From the NCBI GenBank assembly GCA_043805555.1, contig JAZDHW010000172.1:1689-65688 (forward strand): DNA of 64,000 bases, in the 5' to 3' direction. Below the pieces are notes generated by a model. That model ran no database searches. It saw nothing but the letters and a program-made list of their open reading frames with translations, and was not told the DNA's origin. Below are positions 21,367 through 28,083 of this stretch, piece after piece; within the stretch, counting starts at the first letter, position 1, and every line of letters starts with the position of its first letter. The stretch is from Pseudomonadota bacterium. Its GTDB lineage: Bacteria; Desulfobacterota; Desulfarculia; Desulfarculales; Desulfarculaceae. The position numbers and the translations under genes are program-made.

Positions 21367-22704
21367 CTAGTCCCCCGCCTCCACCTGTATCGAGCGCTTG
21401 GCCACGCCGGTGGTGAACCAGTCCGCCTCGGCCAGGCGCACCGGCTCCAGGCTGAACCCGCCCGCGGCCAGGGCCCGGCGCACCGGAGCCAGGCCGGCCA
21501 GGGCGACGGCCACCGCCGCCCTGCGCCCCGGCGGCGCGCCCGGCGCGGTCAGCACCTCCAGCCCCAGGCGGCGGCCGGTGCAGGCCAGGATCAGGCGGGC
21601 CCGGAAGTTGACCACCCCCGGCACCGCGAAGATAGCCTCGTCCAGTCTGGCCTGGGTCAGGGTGACGCCGCCGCCCAGGTCCACGGTTTTGGCCAGGCGG
21701 CCGTGCAGGCTATTGAGGCGCGGCAGCGCCGAGCCGCAGGCGCAGGGCCTGGTCGACAGCCGGCCCAGGTCGCCGCTCCGGTAGCGGATCAGCGGCATGG
21801 CCTCACGGTTCAGGGTGGTGAAGACCAGCTCGCCGGCCTGGCCCGGCGGCAGGGGCCGGCCGGCCGGGTCGATCACCTCGCAGTAGATGTCGGCCGCGCG
21901 CAGGTGGCAGCCGGCGTGGGCCGCGCACTCCACCGCGCCGCCCAGGCCCAGCTCGGTCATGCCGTAGTGGTTGAAGACCTCCGCGCCCCAGGCCTGGCCC
22001 ACCGCCCGGCGGACGGCCTTGGGCACGTAGTCGGTGGTCAGCAGCGCGCTGCGCACCCGGCCCCGGGGCAGGCCGGCCGCGTCCGGGTGGCGCACCAGGG
22101 CCAGCACCTGGCTGGGGATGCCCACCAGGCAGTCGGCCCCGCTGGCCCTCAGCACGGCCAGGGTGGCGGCCGGGTCGCGCACCGGGCCGTGGGGCAGCGG
22201 CCGCGCGCCCAGGCGGGTGAGGGCCCGGGCCAGCAGGTCGCCCACGCTGTCCGGGGCCTGGCCGGGCAGCAGGATCAGCACCGTGCGCCCCGGCCCGCAC
22301 AGGCTGGCCATGCCGTGGTGGAAAAAATCCAGGGTCAGCTCCAGGTCGGCCGGGCTGAAAAAGAGCCGCTTGGGTTGGGCAGTGGTGCCGGAGCTGTGCA
22401 GGGTCACGATGCGGGCCACCTCGCCCTGGCCGGTGCAGAGCATGCGCTCAGGCTGCTCGCGCAGGTCCTCGGCCGTGGTGAAGGGCAGGCGGGCCAGGTC
22501 GGCCAGGTCGGCGATGGGCTCGGCCGGCAGCCCGGCCAGGCGCTGGCGGTAAAAGGGGCTGCGCTCCCGCGCCCAAGCCACGGTCGCGCGCAGACGCGTG
22601 AGTTGCGCGGCGGCCAGGTGCGAGGGGTGCAGGGGGCCGTCCCCGGCCAGGCCCAGGCGGGTCCGGGTCCAGGCGTCCAGCGGCGTGATGGCCGGCGCGG
22701 TCAT
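21367..22704 (-). CDS. PaaK / coenzyme F390 synthetase-type adenylate-forming ligase
   Basis: TLHSSGTTAQPKRLFFS and the overall PaaK-like layout. ATG 22704 overlaps the upstream stop (ATGA). The N-terminal 91 codons of the track ORF are discarded. Confidence 0.8.
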   Translation of the reverse strand: MTAPAITPLDAWTRTRLGLAGDGPLHPSHLAAAQLTRLRATVAWARERSPFYRQRLAGLPAEPIADLADLARLPFTTAEDLREQPERMLCTGQGEVARIVTLHSSGTTAQPKRLFFSPADLELTLDFFHHGMASLCGPGRTVLILLPGQAPDSVGDLLARALTRLGARPLPHGPVRDPAATLAVLRASGADCLVGIPSQVLALVRHPDAAGLPRGRVRSALLTTDYVPKAVRRAVGQAWGAEVFNHYGMTELGLGGAVECAAHAGCHLRAADIYCEVIDPAGRPLPPGQAGELVFTTLNREAMPLIRYRSGDLGRLSTRPCACGSALPRLNSLHGRLAKTVDLGGGVTLTQARLDEAIFAVPGVVNFRARLILACTGRRLGLEVLTAPGAPPGRRAAVAVALAGLAPVRRALAAGGFSLEPVRLAEADWFTTGVAKRSIQVEAGD

Positions 22705-24074
22705 GGCGCAGCCGGCCGATAGAGGGTCTGGCCCGTGGCGCTGGTCAGGTTGTAGAGGCAAAACGGCACCAGACCGCCGGCCGGGCCCAGCACGTGGATG
22801 CAGCAATCGCGCGCCCGCTCCAGGTCCAGGGTCTGGGCGTCCATGAAGGCCATGGCCGAGATGGAGAAGGCCCGCTGCTGGGCCGTGGCCAGGAAGTCGT
22901 CCAGGCTGGGCGGCGCGCCGGACGCGGCGGGCGGCGGGGCGAGCAGGCTCGCCAGCCCCTGGGGCGGCGCGGACCACTGCCGGGCCTGGCGGGCGATGGT
23001 CTTTTGCGCGCCCTCGGCCGCCGGCCGGGGCGGGGCGCAGCAGTTGCCCGCGCCCGCGCCCAGGGCGCGCAGGCCGCCGCCGGGTTCAATCAGGAAGTTG
23101 CCGCTGAAGGAGCAGCGCGCGTTCTCGCAGCCCGGCGGGCTGAAGTGCTCCGGCCGCACCAGGCCGTCCGTCTGCGCGGCCAGGCCCCGCATCAGCTCAG
23201 GCAGGGTGATGCGTTCGGCTGCTTGCGGCGGATGCGGGTAGCGGCCGAAGTAGGCGATGGGTTGCAGGTGCAGGCCGCGCACCGTGGGAGCCAGGCCGAG
23301 GCCCAGGCGCAAGAGCGCGCCCAGGTCGCCGTCGTTGACGCCGGGCGCCACCGTGGCCACCAGCACCACCCCCAGCCCGGCCGCGGCGCAGGCCTCGATG
23401 GCCGCGAGCTTTGCCCGCAACAGCGGCCGGCCGCGCAAATGGCGATAGACGCCGTCATGGCTGCCGTCAAATTGCAGGAAGACCGAGGCCAGGCCGGCGG
23501 CGGCCAGGCTTTGGGCATAGCCCGGCTCGGAGGCCAGGCGCAGGCCGTTGGTATTGAGCTGGATGAAAGGGTAGCCGACATCGCGGGCCAGGGCGATGAT
23601 CTCGCTTAAGTCCGGGCGCTGGGTGGGCTCGCCGCCGGAGAGCTGGAGGTTACAGGGGCCGGTGGCGGCAAAGGCGCGCCGGAGCCGGCCGGCCAGGTCG
23701 TCCAGGCTGGGGTCCGGCCCGGCCCCGGCCGCGCCGCCGGCGCTGGCGAAGCAGACCGGGCAGCCCAGGTCGCAGGCCTGGGTGACCTCCACCAGGAGAG
23801 TGCAGGTGTGCTGGCGGTGGTCCGGGCACAGGCCGCAGTCATGCGGGCAGCCACGCTCCACGGCGCGCAAGGCCAACGCCGGCGGCGAGGGCAGCTTGGG
23901 CCGGCGCCAGGCATCCCAGTCCGGCGCGCCGCGCCAGACCGGGGCCGCGCTGGGCCCGTGCTCCGGGCAGGTCTTGACCAGCCAAACCTCGTCGCCGCGG
24001 CGCTGGTAGGCCGCCGCCACCCGCGCCAGGCAGACCGGGCACAGGCTGGCCGTGGCCTCGGTTTTTGGGGCCAT
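22701..24074 (-). CDS. Radical SAM enzyme with an N-terminal zinc ribbon
   Basis: CPVCLARV...TCPEHG zinc ribbon followed by CDLGCPVC (CX3CX2C). The ATG at 24074 shares 1 nt with the upstream stop. Confidence 0.8.
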   Translation of the reverse strand: MAPKTEATASLCPVCLARVAAAYQRRGDEVWLVKTCPEHGPSAAPVWRGAPDWDAWRRPKLPSPPALALRAVERGCPHDCGLCPDHRQHTCTLLVEVTQACDLGCPVCFASAGGAAGAGPDPSLDDLAGRLRRAFAATGPCNLQLSGGEPTQRPDLSEIIALARDVGYPFIQLNTNGLRLASEPGYAQSLAAAGLASVFLQFDGSHDGVYRHLRGRPLLRAKLAAIEACAAAGLGVVLVATVAPGVNDGDLGALLRLGLGLAPTVRGLHLQPIAYFGRYPHPPQAAERITLPELMRGLAAQTDGLVRPEHFSPPGCENARCSFSGNFLIEPGGGLRALGAGAGNCCAPPRPAAEGAQKTIARQARQWSAPPQGLASLLAPPPAASGAPPSLDDFLATAQQRAFSISAMAFMDAQTLDLERARDCCIHVLGPAGGLVPFCLYNLTSATGQTLYRPAAP

Positions 24075-24511
24075 CAATACCCGCCGAAACCGTTGGCGGC
24101 CAGGATCTCCACGGCCTTGGCATAGGTCTCGGCCACCAGGGAGCCGCACTTCCGGCGGGCTGCGGCCGGGGTGTCATCGCCCAGGATGGCCTCGCAGGTC
24201 ACGGCCGGGCACTCCGGCCCCAGGCGCTGGGCGAACCAGTCGCCCAGCTCCTGCAACATCATCAGCAGCCGCTCGTCCTCCTGCTCCTCGGCCGCGCCCT
24301 TGCCGGCATGGAGGCCGATCAGGCAGGCCGCGCCCGAGAGCGCACCGCAGGCCCCCCGTCCGCCGCCGCAGCCATAGGCCAGGCCGGCGAGCGCCCGCAC
24401 CAGGCCGGGGTTGTCCTCGCCCCGGGCCTCCAGGCCCAGCAGGATGATGATCTGGCTGCAATGATAGCCCTGGCCGGCCAGTTGCAACAGCCGCAGGTCA
24501 AGCTCGTCCAT
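24074..24511 (-). CDS. C_GCAxxG_C_C family protein
   Basis: The conserved pattern is HC...GACGALSGA...TCEAI...KCGS, in a 145-aa protein. Confidence 0.8.
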   Translation of the reverse strand: MDELDLRLLQLAGQGYHCSQIIILLGLEARGEDNPGLVRALAGLAYGCGGGRGACGALSGAACLIGLHAGKGAAEEQEDERLLMMLQELGDWFAQRLGPECPAVTCEAILGDDTPAAARRKCGSLVAETYAKAVEILAANGFGGY

Positions 24512-24512
24512 G

Positions 24513-25259
24513 CTAGTCCTCCCGGCAACGCGCCAGCAGCAGGTAATAGCCCGGCCGGCTGGGGCGGGGGTCGCAGCCGCCGGTGCAGCCGCCCAGGCCC
24601 ATGCACTCCCAAAGCGCGGCCAGCGAGCCGCAGGCGAAAACCAGGCGCGCGGCCAGTTCCTTGAGCAGGCGGGAGTGGTCCTCCCACACCGTCAGGCGAA
24701 GCCCGGCCGCCGCCACCAGATCCAGCACCTCCCCCCGGCCGCGCGCGCCGGCCAGGCAGGAGCCACCGGCCAGGCCGGGGCCACCGGCCAGGCCGGGGCC
24801 GGCCGGGGCCGGGGCCAGCTCGGGCCGGCGCAGGTAAACGTCACTCAAGACCAGCCAGCCGCCGGGCTTGAGCAGACGGCGGCACTGATCCAGGACCTCG
24901 CCCGGCCGGGCGCAGAGCGAGAGCACGCATTCGCAGAAGACCGCGTCCAGGCTGGCCTCGGCCAGGGGCGGCGCGGCGGCGTCGGCTTGCATGAAGGCCA
25001 GGCCGGGGTGCAGCTGCCGGGCCTGGCGCACCTGCCCGGCCGAGCGATCCAGGCCCAGGGCCGCGAGCCCCTGCCCGGCCAGCCAGGCCGTGCTGGCCCC
25101 CAGGCCGCAGCCCAGGTCCAGCGCCCGCGCGCCGGGGGCCAGGTCGATGAGGGCCCAGGCCCGCCGGGTCAGCTCCAGGCCGCCGGGGCGCAGGGTCTCG
25201 CCCGCGGCCTGGCGCAGCTCCGGGGTCTCATAGAGCGGCGGCCGGGCCGGGAGCCTCAC
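24513..25259 (-). CDS. Class I SAM-dependent methyltransferase
   Basis: Motif I is ALDLGCGLGAS. GTG 25259 overlaps the upstream stop (GTGA). The track start at 25334 would overlap the previous gene by 78 nt. Confidence 0.75.
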   Translation of the reverse strand: MRLPARPPLYETPELRQAAGETLRPGGLELTRRAWALIDLAPGARALDLGCGLGASTAWLAGQGLAALGLDRSAGQVRQARQLHPGLAFMQADAAAPPLAEASLDAVFCECVLSLCARPGEVLDQCRRLLKPGGWLVLSDVYLRRPELAPAPAGPGLAGGPGLAGGSCLAGARGRGEVLDLVAAAGLRLTVWEDHSRLLKELAARLVFACGSLAALWECMGLGGCTGGCDPRPSRPGYYLLLARCRED

Positions 25260-25468
25260 TTGTCCTCCAGGAGCTGCTCCACCTCGGCCATCTTGCCCAG
25301 GGCCAGATCCTCGGGGATGTAGACCAGGCCGCATTGGGGGCAGCGCGGCAGCTCGGTGGTGAACTGGTTGCCCAGGTACTCCAGGGTGACGTTGGCCGCC
25401 ACCATGGCCTCGTCGCAGGCCTGGCAGCGCCAGGCGAAGTCAGCGGGTTTCAGGCTGGGGGCCTTCAT
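25256..25468 (-). CDS. 70-aa four-Cys zinc-ribbon protein
   Basis: CQAC...27 aa...CPQCG. It is translationally coupled at both ends (ATGA upstream, GTGA downstream). Confidence 0.55.
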   Translation of the reverse strand: MKAPSLKPADFAWRCQACDEAMVAANVTLEYLGNQFTTELPRCPQCGLVYIPEDLALGKMAEVEQLLEDK

Positions 25469-27759
25469 AGCCGGCCTCCGCCCACCACGTACATGCGGTG
25501 GCTGTAGGCGTTGAAGACCTCGTAGCCGTCCCCGGCCGGCGCGTACTCCACCCAGAAGGTGGCCTGAAGAGGTCGGTGGGCGGCCAGGCGGTGGCCGGTC
25601 TCCGGGTGCACCCGCGCCTCGCCGCTCCGCTCGGCCTGGGCGATGGCCGCGCGCAGGTCTTCCAGCAGGATGCGGCGCGCCTCCAGGCGCTCGGCCACCT
25701 CCGGGCTCATGCTCAATTTGATGGCCTGGATTTCTGCCACGGCCGCCTCCTCCTCGCCCCAGAGCCGGCGCAGCAGGTCGCGCCTGAGCCGGGAGCGGTT
25801 TTCGCGTCGCATTGACCAGCCCGGCCGGGGCCGGGCGGCCGGGTCGTCAACCCCGGCCGGGGGGAAGACCAGGTCCAGCAGGTGCAGGCAGCGCTTGCCC
25901 GCCCCGGCCAGGCTGTCGCGGCACATGGCGCAATAGGCGATGTAGTCGCCCCCGCCCCGCCCGCCGCGCCGCCGGGCCACCTCGGTGGCCAGGTCCGGGT
26001 TGGCGTTGGCCATCAGGCCGCCGAACCCGCAGCACTCGGTATGCTCGCCGGTCAGCGCCAATTCCGTCAGCCCCACCCCCAGGCGCGCCAGTTGATCGCG
26101 CACCGCCTGGCGCACCGCCGGCAGGTGGCGGCTGGTGCAGGGGTCGTGCAGGGTCAGGGGGCCGGCCGGCGCGGCGGCCAGGTCTTTCAGGTCCAGCGCC
26201 TGCCACAGCGAGACGGTCTCCACCGCGGGCAGGCGCTCGGCGAAAGTCTTCAGGCAGGTGGTGCAGGCGGCGATGATTTGGGGCCGGCCCAGGGACTCCC
26301 ACTGCGCTTGCCACTGGGCGTGGGCCGCGGCCAGGCGGGCCTCTTCGCCCGCCCACAAGGCCGGCGCGCCGCAGCAGCCCAGCATCAGCCCTACGCCGTC
26401 CGCCCGGCCGGACATGAGGCGCTGGTAGACCGCCTCCACCTGGGCCGGGGCCGAGGCCGAGAGCTGGCAGCCGGGGAAGAAGATCGCCGCGCTGGTCTCA
26501 TGGCCGGGCTGGTGCCGGGCCAGGCTGAAGTCCGGGCCCTGGCTGAAGTCCAGGTCCAGCAGGGCGAACTCGTGGGCCGAGGGCGGCATCTTGCCGCGCT
26601 TGACCATGTCGCGCCTGGCCTCCAGGGCGAGGTCCTGCATGGCGAAGTCTTCGGGGCAGACCGCCTGGCACAGGCCGCACAGGCTGCACGAGTTGACCAG
26701 CTTGTTGGCCAGGCGCATGCCCATGACGATGGAGGCGTTGTTGTAGATCTCGCGGGCGTACTTGCGCGGGTAGGAGCCGAAGCGCTCCAGGTAGGCGCAG
26801 ACCTTGACGCACTCCAGGCATTGGCAATTGAGGCAGCGGGCCGCCTCGGCCGAGGCCTCGGCCGCGCCGTAGCCGGCCGGGTTGGCCGGCGCCACGGCCG
26901 ACGAGGGCCCCACCCCGGCCAGGCTGGTGAAGAGCCGGGTGGGCTGGGGGCCTTCCTTCTCGCGGCCCACGGTGAGCGAGACCTTTTGCAGGCGGCGATC
27001 CAGGGAGGCCGCGGCCCAGCGCCCGCGCGCCGTGCGCCACACCGGCGAGGCCTCGACCAGGGCGGCGAAGACCTTATCGGCGCTGGTGGCGCCCAGGGCC
27101 GGGTCCAGCACCAAAGCGCCGTCCGGCCCCGGGGTCAGGGCCAGGCCCGCGCCGGAGCAGGCGGCCAGGTCCACCAGCACCGCGTCGGCCTGCTCCAGGC
27201 CAGCCGCCAGGCAGGCGGGGTCGCCGAGGTCCACACAGGCCACGAAGCTCACCCCGGCCGCGGCCAGGCGGGCGGCCTCGGCGGCGATGACCTCCGGCGT
27301 CAGGGCCGGGAACTCGGCCGTGAGGCCAAAGCCGGGCGTGGGGCCGGCATGGCGCAGGGCCACCGGGTAGCCCTTGCGGGCCAGGTCCCAGGCCGCCGTG
27401 AGGCCGGCCAGGCCGTCGCCCAGCACCGCGACCTTCTGGCTCTTGCGCGGCAGGGGAGACAAACGCAGGCGCGGGACGGGGTGGGCGGTGACCGCCCGCT
27501 CCAAGAGGCCGATGCGGATGGCCTCGCCCGCCTCAGCGCGCTTGCAGCGGGCCTCGCAGGGCGCATCGCAGATGCGGGCCAACAGCCCCGGCAGGGGCAT
27601 GGCCTTCATCAGCACCGCCCAGGCCTGGTCCCAGCGCCCGGCCGCCGCCTGGCCGCACAGGGCGCGGGCGTCCAGGTGCAGCGGGCAGGCTGCCACGCAC
27701 TCCGGTGGCTCTTCCTGGATACAGCGCCGCTCCCACTCGCGCAGCTCGTTTTGTTCCAT
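25465..27759 (-). CDS. Multidomain flavo/Fe-S oxidoreductase: GltD-like N-terminus, 2x[4Fe-4S] ferredoxin, HdrD/GlcF-type CCG domains and a C-terminal extension
   Basis: The motifs are ECVAACP, VAVLGDGLAGL (GxGxxG), CLNCQCLECVKVC, CSLCGLCQAVCP, FFPGCQL, LHDPCTS and ECCGFGG. ATG 27759 was chosen because the upstream track sequence is repeat DNA. Confidence 0.8.
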   Translation of the reverse strand: MEQNELREWERRCIQEEPPECVAACPLHLDARALCGQAAAGRWDQAWAVLMKAMPLPGLLARICDAPCEARCKRAEAGEAIRIGLLERAVTAHPVPRLRLSPLPRKSQKVAVLGDGLAGLTAAWDLARKGYPVALRHAGPTPGFGLTAEFPALTPEVIAAEAARLAAAGVSFVACVDLGDPACLAAGLEQADAVLVDLAACSGAGLALTPGPDGALVLDPALGATSADKVFAALVEASPVWRTARGRWAAASLDRRLQKVSLTVGREKEGPQPTRLFTSLAGVGPSSAVAPANPAGYGAAEASAEAARCLNCQCLECVKVCAYLERFGSYPRKYAREIYNNASIVMGMRLANKLVNSCSLCGLCQAVCPEDFAMQDLALEARRDMVKRGKMPPSAHEFALLDLDFSQGPDFSLARHQPGHETSAAIFFPGCQLSASAPAQVEAVYQRLMSGRADGVGLMLGCCGAPALWAGEEARLAAAHAQWQAQWESLGRPQIIAACTTCLKTFAERLPAVETVSLWQALDLKDLAAAPAGPLTLHDPCTSRHLPAVRQAVRDQLARLGVGLTELALTGEHTECCGFGGLMANANPDLATEVARRRGGRGGGDYIAYCAMCRDSLAGAGKRCLHLLDLVFPPAGVDDPAARPRPGWSMRRENRSRLRRDLLRRLWGEEEAAVAEIQAIKLSMSPEVAERLEARRILLEDLRAAIAQAERSGEARVHPETGHRLAAHRPLQATFWVEYAPAGDGYEVFNAYSHRMYVVGGGRL

Positions 27760-27764
27760 TGTAA

Positions 27765-28080
27765 TACCTCTCGCAAACAAAGCCATCCCTGGCTTTGTTT
27801 GCTCCCCGACCGGGCAAAAGCGCGACTGCACCCCACAAAGCCGAACTTTGTGGGGGCCCACAGTTTTGCCCGGTCGGGCGGGCGCTGTCGCGCCCGGCGG
27901 GCCATCCATGGCCCGCTTTGGGTTGCGCGCGAACCGCGGGTTCAACCGCAACTTAGCGGGCCGGAGGCCAGAGCGGGGCGGCGGGTCTGCCCCGCTCGCC
28001 CCGATCGCGGCCGGAATCCGGTTGTCCGCACCGGCGATGGTTTCAGCATACCATCGCCGGCGCGGGTTTGTCGCGCTGAG
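27765..28080. repeat. Hairpin-packed spacer between mop and the downstream gene
   Basis: At least seven hairpins are present. They include CAAACAAAGCCATCCCTGGCTTTGTTTG, the nested CCGACCGGGCAAAA...TTTTGCCCGGTCGG, GGCGGGCCATCCATGGCCCGC, GAGCGGGGC..GCCCCGCTC and CCGGCGATGGT..ACCATCGCCGG. Confidence 0.7.
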
Positions 28081-28083
28081 CGC

